A DNA stretch of 41,215 nt from Holosporales bacterium (GTDB lineage: Bacteria; Pseudomonadota; Alphaproteobacteria; BNTO01), in the NCBI GenBank assembly GCA_031265645.1, contig JAISCJ010000144.1:1-41215 (forward strand), in the 5' to 3' direction. A model generated the notes under the pieces. The model had not been told where the DNA came from. It was given only the letters and a program-made list of their open reading frames with translations, and made no database searches. Below, one piece after another: positions 1 through 10,050 of the stretch. The position numbers and the translations under genes are program-made. Within the stretch, counting starts at the first letter, position 1. Every line of letters starts with the position of its first letter.

Positions 1-86
1 TTATTGTCCTCAATGCGCTAGGATAAACACATTTGTGTGGCGTGTAGTCCCCGAATCCTAGCGAATAAGGATATGTTGAAATCATC

Positions 87-1424
87 ATGGAAAAAATTGT
101 TATTTCAGGTGGCAAACCACTTTGCGGGCGTGTAAAAGTTAGTGGAGCTAAAAATGCTAGCTTGCCATTAATGGCGGCGTCAATTTTATCCGATGAGCCA
201 CTAGTGCTGCATAACATACCAAAGCTCAGCGACATAACGTTAATGGCAGAGCTGTTAACTCATCATGGCGTGCATATTTCATATGATGCAGCAACACAAG
301 CATACACATTTGCCGCGCTCTCAATTATAGACACAACCGCGCCGTACGAAATTGTGAGCAAAATGCGCGCGTCCATTGTTGTCCTCGGTCCAATGTTGGC
401 GCGATGCGGTGAAGCAACGGTGTCGTTGCCTGGTGGTTGCGCGATTGGGACGCGCCCGGTAAACATGCACATTGACGGCTTGAGGGCGCTTGGCGCAACG
501 GTGTCGATTGAAAATGGGTACATTCATGCAAAAGCACCAAAAGAGGGCCTTGTTGGAACCACAATTATTTTGCCATTTGCGACCGTGACTGGCACAGAAA
601 ACATCCTTATGGCAGCCGTGTTGGCTCGAGGGCAAACCATCATCAAAAATGCCGCCAAAGAGCCTGAGGTGTGTGACCTAGCGAAATGCCTGGTTAAAAT
701 GGGAGCACACGTTGAAGGCATTGGAACCGACACGTTAGTAATTAGCGGACGGACGCACTTAAACGGGGCGACGCACCACGTTATTCCTGACAGAATAGAA
801 GCTGCAACATATGCAATTGCCGGAGCAATTACTTATGGCGACATTATTCTGGAAGGCGTTGTTTTCGACGATTTGCTAGCATTTTGGGATTCACTATTGA
901 AAGCTGGAGTAACTGTCGAAAAAGTAGAATCTGAAAATGCCGCAATATCTAGTGTTACTGCTCATGCTGAGCATCGACGCGACGAAGCAACAAACTTTTT
1001 ACAATTTGGTGTAGGAATACGAGTTCCAGCAGAAATAAAAGGCGTTGACATAATGACAGAGCCATATCCTGGCTTTCCAACTGATGCACAAGCACAATTC
1101 ATGGCCTTAATGACACGATGCGACGGAGCTGCAATGATTACAGAAACAGTCTTTGAAAATCGCTTTATGCATGTATCCGAGCTGTGCCGAATGTGCGCAA
1201 ACATTACCATACATAATACGTCTGCACTTGTCCGCGGCGTTGATCAACTGGTTGGTGCAACTGTAATGGCTACGGACCTTAGGGCATCTGTATCATTGGT
1301 GTTGGCGGGATTGGCGGCGAAGGGAGAAACGACGATACAGCGGGTGTACCACATCGATCGTGGATATGAACGAATCGAACAAAAGCTGCAGACCTGTGGA
1401 GCAATGATTGAACGAGTGAGATAG
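87..1424 (+). CDS. murA: UDP-N-acetylglucosamine 1-carboxyvinyltransferase (MurA)
   Basis: 445-aa ORF with an ATG at 87. MurA signatures are VSGAKNASLPLMAA at the N-terminus, the active-site loop LPGGCAIGTRPV (Cys retained), PGFPTDAQAQF, ETVFENRFMHV, and MATDLRASVSLVLAGL...YHIDRGYERIE. Confidence 0.95.
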   Translation: MEKIVISGGKPLCGRVKVSGAKNASLPLMAASILSDEPLVLHNIPKLSDITLMAELLTHHGVHISYDAATQAYTFAALSIIDTTAPYEIVSKMRASIVVLGPMLARCGEATVSLPGGCAIGTRPVNMHIDGLRALGATVSIENGYIHAKAPKEGLVGTTIILPFATVTGTENILMAAVLARGQTIIKNAAKEPEVCDLAKCLVKMGAHVEGIGTDTLVISGRTHLNGATHHVIPDRIEAATYAIAGAITYGDIILEGVVFDDLLAFWDSLLKAGVTVEKVESENAAISSVTAHAEHRRDEATNFLQFGVGIRVPAEIKGVDIMTEPYPGFPTDAQAQFMALMTRCDGAAMITETVFENRFMHVSELCRMCANITIHNTSALVRGVDQLVGATVMATDLRASVSLVLAGLAAKGETTIQRVYHIDRGYERIEQKLQTCGAMIERVR

Positions 1425-1607
1425 CGCAAAATATAGGGCGCCATCCAATCGTCCATAATATTAATTTTCAAATCCCGACTAAAAATGTCATTTTTTCATT
1501 GTAAGCTCATCTATACCCAACCGTTAAAAGAATTACCAACAGGAGTCCTTCCTATTCAGCTAGTTGATGGGTACCCATCGACAAGTGGGAATCTTTTTGC
1601 ACTTGGG

Positions 1608-1613
1608 TATAAT
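1608..1613 (+). promoter_or_regulatory. Candidate -10 box (perfect TATAAT) upstream of tRNA-Leu
   Basis: A perfect TATAAT lies 37 nt upstream of the tRNA 5' end. No convincing -35 hexamer was found at 17-bp spacing. A 14-bp palindrome lies about 30 bp further upstream. Confidence 0.25.
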
Positions 1614-1650
1614 TGACAGAGATAGCATTTTTTGCCAAAGTAACCAGTGT

Positions 1651-1736
1651 GCCCCTGTGGCGGAACTGGTAGACGCGATAGACTCAAAATCTATTACCTT
1701 TCAGGTGTGGGAGTTCAAGTCTCCCCGGGGGTACCA
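1651..1736 (+). tRNA. tRNA-Leu (anticodon CAA), class II with a long variable arm and encoded CCA
   Basis: Cloverleaf folded by hand. The acceptor stem is GCCCCTG/CGGGGGT. The anticodon stem ATAGA/TCTAT carries loop CTCAAAA, giving anticodon CAA. There is a long variable arm. The T arm is GGGAG-TTCAAGT-CTCCC, followed by the discriminator A and CCA. Confidence 0.9.
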
Positions 1737-1898
1737 AAAAATTTTTTCTGGTGATTGATTGCTGTATGGTTTGCCATTGTGGCAAAGAAATCAATAGAGC
1801 ACTCCGCCTCCTGGCAATCTTAGGAATAAACCGAAACACGGTTTCAGTAACCTAGGCTTCGTTGGACAGTATGTTTAGTCGAGCGGGCAGTGTGCACG

Positions 1899-1997
1899 TT
1901 ATCAACCTTCTACTAATGTATGTATCAGCCAGCTTAGGAATTTAACATAATTTAAAAGCGAAAATCGACAGACATGAGTAGAAGCCTAATAGTATCA
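1899..1997 (+). repeat. Interspersed intergenic repeat, family 1, copy A
   Basis: Shares ...ctaatgtatgtatcagccagctt..aacataatttaaaagc..aatcgacagacat.. with the copies at 11985-12193 (reverse), 21976-22074 and 40056-40170. Confidence 0.75.
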
Positions 1998-2077
1998 ACG
2001 CGCAAAAAGCAAGAGGATAATTTTTGAGAGTTTAACTCTTTTTTAATGTTTTTGTGCTATATAAATCCATCCCTAAC

Positions 2078-2100
2078 CCCCACCCACCCTGGGGTTTTTT
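2078..2100 (+). terminator. Intrinsic-terminator-like hairpin with a T6 tail and no annotated upstream gene
   Basis: The stem CCCCA (2078-2082) pairs with TGGGG (2090-2094) around a 7-nt loop, followed by TTTTTT (2095-2100). It lies about 340 nt downstream of tRNA-Leu on the same strand. Confidence 0.4.
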
Positions 2101-2285
2101 AGCGGTGGGCGCGACACATCTATCACAATCATCCCCCACAAAAAGTAAACAATGCAACCTACTCACCACATTTTTCCGCATACTATTTTTTATTATGTTG
2201 CACAAAAACATCATTGATTTCATCTCTTTTCTTCTTGGTCTTTTTTAGAAAATTTTCCTAACGAGCCCTAGTGAATCTTGAACAG

Positions 2286-2378
2286 ATATTAACACCATAT
2301 GTACATATTCCATCTGGAACACACAGGATCAGACCCTTTGCTTGCAGGGTTTTTGTCCTTAAATAATCCTGTGTTTCA
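2286..2378 (+). repeat. Structured intergenic repeat, family 2, copy 1 (nested hairpin with T-run)
   Basis: The outer stem is ACACAGGAT (2321-2329) / ATCCTGTGT (2366-2374). The inner stem is ACCCT (2333-2337) / AGGGT (2346-2350), followed by TTTT. In a hand alignment the core matches the reverse complement of 32735-32793 at 37 of 45 positions. Confidence 0.6.
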
Positions 2379-2540
2379 TATAGGAGCCATAGATTAGCGA
2401 GCGTCAACAAAATATTAATATTCAGATACTTTCCAGAAATTCGAGTTAGATTTGGTTAGATACAGTATAACTAGAATAGTACAATACTATTTGTTACTGT
2501 TATTTACATTGGGGGTTAGAACTGAAGGAAAGTGCTAAAA

Positions 2541-5500
2541 ATGTCAGATATTTTTTGTAACGTCAATAGAAGGAATTTTAGAAAAATCGTACGGAGCCGT
2601 TTTTCAGCGTGGACTTGTATTCCAGAGCGTGCTAGGTGGCAAGTGCCGCATATACAATCATCTGAATTTATTGCGAAACGCCGGCGTCTGCTGACAACGT
2701 CATTAAAAGGCGCTCTGTTTGTTGTGTGTGCAACAGTAATTTCAGATCGCGCGTTTTCCAGTCGTCCTACAGCAATATCGGCTGCTGTAAACACCGTGTC
2801 TGCGGATCTTTTATATTTATCAGATGTGACCGAAGTATTAACAGAACCAACGGCAAAATTAATCATAGCAAAAGCTTGGAACTCACCATTTTATGCAGAT
2901 CAGTTCAATTCTTATAGTGAGGAAAAGCGAAGGTTGCTACTGTTTTTGTTAACGGCCATGCCTTCAGATCCCAAACAAGTTAACACAGATTTGGCTGATT
3001 TCCTGAAGATGTGTGACGATGCGAAAACCCTCAGTCCTAATCTGATAGATGGAAGTTTCGTGCCAACAGATCGGCAAAGTTTTACGCGTGCTGGACTCGC
3101 GTATTTGCTTGGATATACCGAACCTAATGTTTGCGACTTCAGGCAAGCGGCTGAGTTGTTTGGCAAAGCCAGAGATCCTAATGAACTTCGATTATCACGA
3201 CGCGAATCTTTGTTACAGATGTACTCTGCAATAGGTGCGTTGCAGCCTCTTTCTTCGGCGGATATACTCGATTTGCCGGCAAATATGGCGGATTTGCAAA
3301 GTTGGTCCTATCAAGTTGCAAGTAGTCGCGATATGATTCTTTCAGACAATTTTGCCTACTGGTTAAAATTATTACAGCATATGCAGGGAGTCGGAATAAC
3401 AAGAGGTGATGCCTATGATCTGCATTTTGCAGCACGAATACAACGTGCAGCGATGGAGCTTGACTATTTGTTTATTCAGCGACATATGAACCTTGCGCTG
3501 AGACTTGGTTCATTGCCTTTGATTACGCTTTGTAAGGATGTGTCGCAACAAGCGGCAAGCTTTATAAGAAGGCGAGAACATCTGATAGCGCCCGTTCCGA
3601 TAGAAGGACGCGAATTCAAATTTATAGATCGACGACCAATGGAAATATTACTTGGGGATGATCGTATGCGGCGTGAATGGCCAATGCGTGCTGATCTTCA
3701 GGTTGTAGACACTCCCTTTTTGAAGGCGTTCTTATTACAAAAACTGGACACAAGCCGCAGCGTAACATGTACTGCACAAGGGTTAAATGATCTTATCGCA
3801 TTAATCGATTTGCCGTTGTCTCGTTTCCGAGATTATGGCGTGATTTCTTCGGATGTGTGGAGCGGAGCAACAATACCATTAAAAGATGACATACCTGGGC
3901 TAACAGCTGGCGACGCAATCTACCTACAAGATTTGTCTACACAGTTCTTAAGATTTCTTAGTGAACGAATCGTAACACTGGAATTTGCTGATACAGAATA
4001 CGCGTTAGATGCTATGAAAAATTCACTACAGGCGCTGCTACGAAGAAATTTCGAAGCATTAGCTGTTCGGTATCCTTCTGAGGCAGAGCTTGCTAATTAT
4101 CGTCAAAGTGTACGTTTTTCGGAATTCTGTAAAGGCTTCGTTAGGTTTGATGTCCGCGAAGGTGATGACACTTACGTAAAAAAACTAAGCCTAGAAATAC
4201 CCGAAGGGAAAGGATACAGCAAGTGGGGTGATACGCCAGTTCAACGGCTTGAAGAACTAGCACTATGCATTGAATCAGTACGTTCTTCTGATAAGAGATT
4301 GGAATACACTTACGGAACATTAGGACATACATTATTTTTGGCCGCCAGAACAGTATTGCTTGAATTTTTTACGCCACAATCTATGGCCGTTTCTGACATT
4401 GCAGAGATACAAAATATGTCGCCACTCGCGCGCAGCACATTAGCTATGTTTTATTACTGGTTTAATTTAGATCGTCTGGGTTTTTTTATGAAAACCTCCT
4501 TCTGTGATTCGCCGTATCCACTTCACAAAGAATTAACACTAAGTGTGCTTCCAAACTTTGATTCAGTAACGCTCCCCCCATATTTCGAGGTACTAAGCGA
4601 GTGCATGATTGGTGCTTTGCCACGCTTGTACCTTAGAGATACTGCGTGGAGAGAATTTTTTGAACAGTATATGGAAGCAGCCCCTTTTGCAATATTTGCC
4701 CGTTGGAAAGCGGATATTTTAGGTCATGCCATTGACGGGTATAATTATAACCCCAATTATAAATGTAGTATCGATTCGGAAATACATAAACGTATCGACA
4801 GAGCATTTAATGCCGTTTTTACCGGAGAAGTTTTCAACGATGAAATAACGTGTACTTTTTGGGACAGAAGTGTAGCGACATTTGCAAGCGGGAGTCAAAT
4901 CCCTAGTTTAAACAAAGAGGGCAGCCCTCCAAGGTTTTTAGAAATACAAGGTCGAGCCAAGTATGAGTGCGATTCTCCTTATTTACGAGGCGTAACATTA
5001 TGGGACGCTAAATATTCTCCGAATTTACCAATCGTAGATCCTGACGAGTTCCCGAGCTTCGATATTGATCTTACTGCAGTCAATAGCCCGTCGTTGGCCA
5101 GTTGGGGAATGCTGATATCAATGGCAAGGACGGATCCAATTTATCGAACTTTTCTTCCGCGGGATTTTATGTTACGTGCCGGAGCACGTCAAAATGCAAA
5201 TCTGATGACTTCTTTGTTCGCGGAAAGGGAAAGTACATTCTGCCTACCTAGCGATGATTACACGGGTCGTGTCGTCGATGTGTTGCCGGAATCGTTCTTC
5301 GAAATCGCGCCACGTCTTAGACAATTCGGGACATTATACGGTGAAAATCCATTCTCAATGGACGCCGAGACATGTCAGCCTGGCTGGGAGAAGAGCATTC
5401 AATCATCCGTGCTTTTCAATCAGAACTGGTGTAGGCTGCTAGGCTCGTGGAATTGCAAACCGGACAGTTATTCCACTACGTTTGGTGCGCTGTGTCATCG

Positions 5501-6089
5501 TACAGCTGATGCGACAAAATGGAGCGACGTTCCTGTGTTTGTGGAAAAAATTCCGTACGATTCTCCATTTATGCTGGACAATACAATTGTTTCAATAGCA
5601 GATAAGCCGCTCTATGAAGTTGCACTTACTTGCGCTAGGCAGTACTACAGGAGACAAATAAACCCATCGGGGACTGCACTATTATTGGAACATGGACGGT
5701 TTTTAGAACTAAGTGGCTTAACTATGCGCAGCTCGCAAGCGCTAATTACACCGCAGATAGCAAAAAGCAGACAAATTTCTGAACTGACGTTTGCTAAACA
5801 AATGTTGCACAGCAAGCTTGTGCGAGATTTGCATAATGATATTGAGATTCTGGCAGGAGGGTACGTAAACTTTTTAGTAGGATCGCCTGATGCTGACGAG
5901 ATAAGGCAATCGTTTTCGTTCGATGTGTTTAACTTAGTGCTAAACAAAGTCGCCTCTAGTCTGAAAACAGTCAATCTATGGCAAACATATAATTTTTTGA
6001 AAGAAACCGTGCTCGGCGAAGTTGCTAACGCCGTTGGGAACTCGTTGTTACGTAGTGATTTGAAACTTCCATATGTTGACCTAATGTAG
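2541..6089 (+). CDS. Large hypothetical protein (about 1150-1185 aa), possibly exported; no recognisable family
   Basis: Uninterrupted 3.56-kb ORF. The start is uncertain. Candidates are GTG 2532, ATG 2541 (AAGGAA 10 nt upstream), and GTG 2643 (preceded by AGGTGG). The last would give an N-terminus of KRRRLLTTSLKGALFVVCATVISDRAFS, resembling a Tat/Sec signal. I recognise no conserved catalytic motifs. Confidence 0.7.
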   Translation: MSDIFCNVNRRNFRKIVRSRFSAWTCIPERARWQVPHIQSSEFIAKRRRLLTTSLKGALFVVCATVISDRAFSSRPTAISAAVNTVSADLLYLSDVTEVLTEPTAKLIIAKAWNSPFYADQFNSYSEEKRRLLLFLLTAMPSDPKQVNTDLADFLKMCDDAKTLSPNLIDGSFVPTDRQSFTRAGLAYLLGYTEPNVCDFRQAAELFGKARDPNELRLSRRESLLQMYSAIGALQPLSSADILDLPANMADLQSWSYQVASSRDMILSDNFAYWLKLLQHMQGVGITRGDAYDLHFAARIQRAAMELDYLFIQRHMNLALRLGSLPLITLCKDVSQQAASFIRRREHLIAPVPIEGREFKFIDRRPMEILLGDDRMRREWPMRADLQVVDTPFLKAFLLQKLDTSRSVTCTAQGLNDLIALIDLPLSRFRDYGVISSDVWSGATIPLKDDIPGLTAGDAIYLQDLSTQFLRFLSERIVTLEFADTEYALDAMKNSLQALLRRNFEALAVRYPSEAELANYRQSVRFSEFCKGFVRFDVREGDDTYVKKLSLEIPEGKGYSKWGDTPVQRLEELALCIESVRSSDKRLEYTYGTLGHTLFLAARTVLLEFFTPQSMAVSDIAEIQNMSPLARSTLAMFYYWFNLDRLGFFMKTSFCDSPYPLHKELTLSVLPNFDSVTLPPYFEVLSECMIGALPRLYLRDTAWREFFEQYMEAAPFAIFARWKADILGHAIDGYNYNPNYKCSIDSEIHKRIDRAFNAVFTGEVFNDEITCTFWDRSVATFASGSQIPSLNKEGSPPRFLEIQGRAKYECDSPYLRGVTLWDAKYSPNLPIVDPDEFPSFDIDLTAVNSPSLASWGMLISMARTDPIYRTFLPRDFMLRAGARQNANLMTSLFAERESTFCLPSDDYTGRVVDVLPESFFEIAPRLRQFGTLYGENPFSMDAETCQPGWEKSIQSSVLFNQNWCRLLGSWNCKPDSYSTTFGALCHRTADATKWSDVPVFVEKIPYDSPFMLDNTIVSIADKPLYEVALTCARQYYRRQINPSGTALLLEHGRFLELSGLTMRSSQALITPQIAKSRQISELTFAKQMLHSKLVRDLHNDIEILAGGYVNFLVGSPDADEIRQSFSFDVFNLVLNKVASSLKTVNLWQTYNFLKETVLGEVANAVGNSLLRSDLKLPYVDLM

Positions 6090-6299
6090 ATTTGAAGAAT
6101 TGTAACGAAAGTCAATTCAAGGCATATGTAACATCAAATCGCATATGTAAGGTGACAGATCAATCTCAAGATGCGCATACAAAGTAACGCGTTGCGGGAT
6201 ATGATCTGTCAATGATTTCTCGTTTTTGGATGAGGTCCCGACGACGAATTGTGGATCTTTTTGCGGATGGGTCTACAGGTTCTAAAAACTGGGAGCAGT

Positions 6300-8069
6300 T
6301 TATACCGGTGCGGCATCCTCAATTATCATCTGTACCATTCCAGGATTAAATGAGTCTTCCTTTATCGTAACAACAATTGACATTGTTTTCGCGCTTAGCA
6401 ACGCTTCTCCTAGTGCCGTGCCAACTGCCCGAAATGCAATTGCGCGCAGCTTGTCTCCAGCTTCATTCTTAAAAACGCATTGCAAATGACAGCCAGAAAG
6501 AGATTTAGTGAATGTAGGAGTGACTCTGCGAATGCAGAACTTGGGCGCAGGATTGCCAACTCCGAAGGGCTCAAGTCGCTCTAATTCGTCCAATAAATCA
6601 AACGTTGGGCACAATATTTCTGCATCAATGTGTAGTGTTGGGACATACGCTTTTACAAAATCTTCCGTTTCTGCGTTTAAAAAATCGTAAAAAGCCTCAA
6701 ATTTTTCGCGTTGGAGCGAAAAACCTCCTGCCATTGAGTGACCTCCGCCGCCAACCAGCAGTTCAAGCCTAACGGCCTTGTGAATGAGCTCTCCAACATT
6801 TATTCCCGGAATCGAACGCGCAGATCCCTTGCAAACATCGTCATCAATTGATACGACGAACGAAGGCCTATTGTATCTGTCCTTTAGCCTACTTGCTAAA
6901 ATCCCAATGAGCCCCGCGTGCCAAGATGGCTGGCCGATTAGTATGGTTGGATTTTTCGCTAATTCACGAGCTTCAATTTCGTCGAGCGATTCCTGAAGCA
7001 TTTTTTTTTCCATGCGCTGACGTTCCTCGTTAAGAGAATTCAACTCCAGCGCAATTTCCTTTGCGGCAATATCGTCGTGAGTTGTCAACAATTTTGTGCC
7101 CAGCGATGACGAGCCAATCCTTCCGCTAGCGTTAATCCGCGGGCCGATCGCAAATCCCAAATGTCCTGCAGAAACTTTGTCCTTGATGCATGCAACGTCT
7201 ATCAATGCGCGAATTCCTATGTTGTTGCGCATTAATTTTAGCCCGTGCCGTACAAATGCGCGGTTTAACCCTAATATCGGCATCACGTCGCAAACTGTTC
7301 CAAGCGCAACAAGATTGCAATATTCAAGTAGGTTTGGAGGCGTAATCCCGTGGTTTTCAAAAAAATTAATCTCGTTGAGCCGACGCTGAAGCGCGACAAT
7401 GAAGAGGAACACCACACCAGCGGCACACAAATCTTGAGTGTGAGGTACGCAAGATTGATCTACTCGGTGAGGATTTATTACAGCAATTGCTTTAGGAAGC
7501 TCCACATTTGCGGCGTGATGATCCAATACGATTGAATCCAGACCAATAGAGTTCGCTAGTTCAATTTCCTTTACGGATGTTGTTCCACAGTCCGCCATTA
7601 TTACTAATGTTGTTCCTTGGTCCTTTATTTTGCAGACCGAATCCATGTGGACACCGTATCCCTCGGACAATCGATCAGGAATATAGTAATCAACATTTAT
7701 GCCAAGCTGTTCAAAATATTGAACCAGCAAAGACACGGATGTTGCGCCATCAACATCGTAATCGCCGTATATGGTTATCTTTTCGCATGTACATTCTGAG
7801 TTGTTTGCTTTGATGCTTTCTATTGCACGAACAACCCGCTCCACCCCCTCGTCCATTCCAAGCAATAGCGAAGGGTTTGGAAGTAAGTCTTTTAACAATG
7901 GTGTTAAAAATTCAGAAACGTTTGATGTTGTAACATTTCTTGCGGACAATATTCGCGCAACAACATCGCTAACTCCGCACTGCTGTTGAATGGCAAGTAC
8001 ATTGCGCTCGTCGCATTGTGGGAATGCCCAGTGTTTGCCTGTGTGCGATGTCTTTGAACTTGTAATCAT
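6300..8069 (-). CDS. recJ: Single-stranded-DNA-specific exonuclease RecJ
   Basis: 589 aa with DHH-family motifs IYGDYDVDGATS, ADCGT and VLDHHA, plus a DHHA1-like GGGGHSMAGG. The length and order fit RecJ. It starts 3 nt after the aspS stop, so the two are probably co-transcribed. Confidence 0.92.
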   Translation of the reverse strand: MITSSKTSHTGKHWAFPQCDERNVLAIQQQCGVSDVVARILSARNVTTSNVSEFLTPLLKDLLPNPSLLLGMDEGVERVVRAIESIKANNSECTCEKITIYGDYDVDGATSVSLLVQYFEQLGINVDYYIPDRLSEGYGVHMDSVCKIKDQGTTLVIMADCGTTSVKEIELANSIGLDSIVLDHHAANVELPKAIAVINPHRVDQSCVPHTQDLCAAGVVFLFIVALQRRLNEINFFENHGITPPNLLEYCNLVALGTVCDVMPILGLNRAFVRHGLKLMRNNIGIRALIDVACIKDKVSAGHLGFAIGPRINASGRIGSSSLGTKLLTTHDDIAAKEIALELNSLNEERQRMEKKMLQESLDEIEARELAKNPTILIGQPSWHAGLIGILASRLKDRYNRPSFVVSIDDDVCKGSARSIPGINVGELIHKAVRLELLVGGGGHSMAGGFSLQREKFEAFYDFLNAETEDFVKAYVPTLHIDAEILCPTFDLLDELERLEPFGVGNPAPKFCIRRVTPTFTKSLSGCHLQCVFKNEAGDKLRAIAFRAVGTALGEALLSAKTMSIVVTIKEDSFNPGMVQMIIEDAAPV

Positions 8070-8072
8070 GTA

Positions 8073-9881
8073 CTACTTCGTCAATTTCTTCAAAAGTATA
8101 TGAACTTCCCGCAATTGCTGTTCTGATACGCTACTTGGAGCCTTCATCATCAGATCTTCTGCTTGCTGATTGAACGGAAACGCAATTACTTCACGAATGC
8201 TTGGTTCATCCGCTAGCAACATCACAATGCGGTCAATTCCTGGAGCACAGCCGCCATGTGGAGGCACACCAAATTTAAAAGCGTTGATCATGCCTGAAAA
8301 TCTTTCATCCACACTAGAACGCTCATATCCTGCAATTTCGAATGCTCTGTATAGTGTTTCGGGATCATGATTGCGAACTGCACCGCTTGATAGTTCAATT
8401 CCATTGCACACGACGTCATATTGAAACGCCTTGATTGCGAGCGGATCACTATTATTTAGCGCATCGAGCCCACCCTGAGGCATCGAAAACGGATTATGAG
8501 AGAACTGAATAAATCCAGTATGATGATCTTTTTCATACATTGGAAAATCGGTGATCCAGCAAAATTCGAAACGATCCTCTGCAATCAAGTTAAGTGTTTT
8601 TGCAATTTGCGTCCGAAGCATTCCGGCGTATTTTGCAGCAGTGTCAATGTTCGCATCTGCCACAAAAAACACGGCATCCGTTTCGTTTGTGTTCGCCAGC
8701 GAATATAACTGCTGCAGTCGTCCTTCTGTCAAAAACTTTACGATTGGTCCCTTCGCCCCACTGCTTTCTCTGACGATGTATCCCAGCCCAGGCATCCCAT
8801 TTTCCTTTGCCCAACTGTCCAACTTTTCAAAAAAGCTTCGTGGCTGCGAACTCGCATTTTGCACGTTAATGGCACGTACCGCGCCCCCTTTCTTCAAAAT
8901 ATTGTCAAACGCTTGGAACGCACTATCTGCGAACGCTTCGTTTACATCGGCAATTATTAATGGATTCCTCAAGTCGGGCTTATCCGTGCCGTACTTTAAC
9001 ATTGCATCGCTGTACGAGATCTGAGGGAATGGCATTTGCGAAACAGAACGTCCACGTGCGAATTCGGTAAACACACCATGCAGCACAGGCTCTATTGCAG
9101 CAAACACGTCAGCTTGGGAAGCAAATGCCATTTCGAAATCGAGCTGATAAAACTCTCCAGGAGAGCGGTCTGCGCGCGCATCCTCATCTCGGAAGCAAGG
9201 CGCAATTTGAAAATATTTATCAAAACCCGCAACCATCAGCAACTGTTTAAACTGTTGAGGCGCTTGCGGTAGTGCATAGAATTTTCCTGGATGAATGCGA
9301 CTTGGTACAATATAGTCCCTAGCGCCTTCTGGAGACGACGCTGTTAAAATTGGCGTTTGGATTTCCATAAAACCACGATCGATCATGTGTCGACGCAGAT
9401 ATGAAATGACCTCTGATCGCAAAATAATGTTTGAATGGACCTTTTCTCTGCGTAAATCCAAAAACCTATACGTTAAACGCAAGTCTTCTGCGCAGTCTAA
9501 ATCCTGGTTTATCGGGAAAGGAAGGGGACTCGTACCAGCTAGCAAAACAACTGACTGCGCAACGACTTCAATTTCTCCCGTTGCAATCGACGCGTTAATC
9601 GTTTCTTTTGATCTACGCACTACTATGCCCTGAACCTGTATTATCGACTCACTTGGCAAGCGTTCTACTATCGAAAAACATTCGCTTTCTGGTTCAAATA
9701 CACATTGGGTAATTCCGTAGTGATCCCGCAAATCCACAAACATTAGTTTGCCGTGGTCTCGTTTCCGATGCACCCACCCTGCTAATGTTACCTGGTCGCC
9801 TTCATTTCCTGCAGTTAACCCTCCGCACGAATGGGTTCGAAACGATGTTTTTAACGATCTCTCGCGCATACAGCCCGCCAT
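8073..9881 (-). CDS. aspS: Aspartate--tRNA ligase (AspRS)
   Basis: 602 aa. The N-terminal OB-fold region reads RTHSCGGL...[29 protein letters not shown]. Class II motifs are FYQLD and [14 protein letters not shown]. The ATG at 9881 is preceded by AGGA. Confidence 0.95.
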   Translation of the reverse strand: MAGCMRERSLKTSFRTHSCGGLTAGNEGDQVTLAGWVHRKRDHGKLMFVDLRDHYGITQCVFEPESECFSIVERLPSESIIQVQGIVVRRSKETINASIATGEIEVVAQSVVLLAGTSPLPFPINQDLDCAEDLRLTYRFLDLRREKVHSNIILRSEVISYLRRHMIDRGFMEIQTPILTASSPEGARDYIVPSRIHPGKFYALPQAPQQFKQLLMVAGFDKYFQIAPCFRDEDARADRSPGEFYQLDFEMAFASQADVFAAIEPVLHGVFTEFARGRSVSQMPFPQISYSDAMLKYGTDKPDLRNPLIIADVNEAFADSAFQAFDNILKKGGAVRAINVQNASSQPRSFFEKLDSWAKENGMPGLGYIVRESSGAKGPIVKFLTEGRLQQLYSLANTNETDAVFFVADANIDTAAKYAGMLRTQIAKTLNLIAEDRFEFCWITDFPMYEKDHHTGFIQFSHNPFSMPQGGLDALNNSDPLAIKAFQYDVVCNGIELSSGAVRNHDPETLYRAFEIAGYERSSVDERFSGMINAFKFGVPPHGGCAPGIDRIVMLLADEPSIREVIAFPFNQQAEDLMMKAPSSVSEQQLREVHILLKKLTK

Positions 9882-10010
9882 AATCTTTTTCCTGGGCAGA
9901 TTATAACGCAGACGCCAAACATCGCCAAACCTTAGTCGTAATATGAGAGATACAAAATTGAAATATTTTACGTGAATTTTATTCGCTAATGAGAGATAAT
10001 CCCGGATTTG

Positions 10011-10041
10011 CTCCTGAGCAGCTTATCCACTCAGGAGTTTT
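10011..10041 (-). terminator. Hairpin immediately downstream of tlc (possible terminator)
   Basis: An 8-bp perfect stem CTCCTGAG (10011-10018) / CTCAGGAG (10030-10037) with an 11-nt loop sits 10 nt past the tlc stop. The T-run is on the + strand side only, so terminator function for the minus-strand gene is uncertain. Confidence 0.35.
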
Positions 10042-10050
10042 GATCTCTAG

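Noticed and set aside
960-1080. About 25 extra residues in MurA (AAISSVTAHAEHRRDEATNFLQFGVGIRVPAEIK) relative to E. coli MurA. Similar lineage-specific inserts occur in BioC, BioD (N-terminus), RuvX and the GyrA C-terminal domain.
   Set aside because: The reading frames are intact and catalytic motifs are preserved. Surface-loop insertions in housekeeping proteins are common in divergent lineages. They are not interpretable without alignments and structures.
1566-1579. Perfect 14-bp palindrome GATGGGTACCCATC upstream of tRNA-Leu.
   Set aside because: It is real in the sequence, but it is a single short palindrome with no second copy and no associated regulator. I cannot tell an operator from chance, so it is noted only under the candidate promoter.
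1651-6299. A tRNA-flanked genomic island: tRNA-Leu followed by an orphan giant gene.
   Set aside because: I did not call it a mobile element. I found no integrase and no direct repeat of the tRNA 3' end at the distal side (6090-6299), and I could not compute compositional deviation. It is kept only as a hypothesis inside the orphan-ORF finding.
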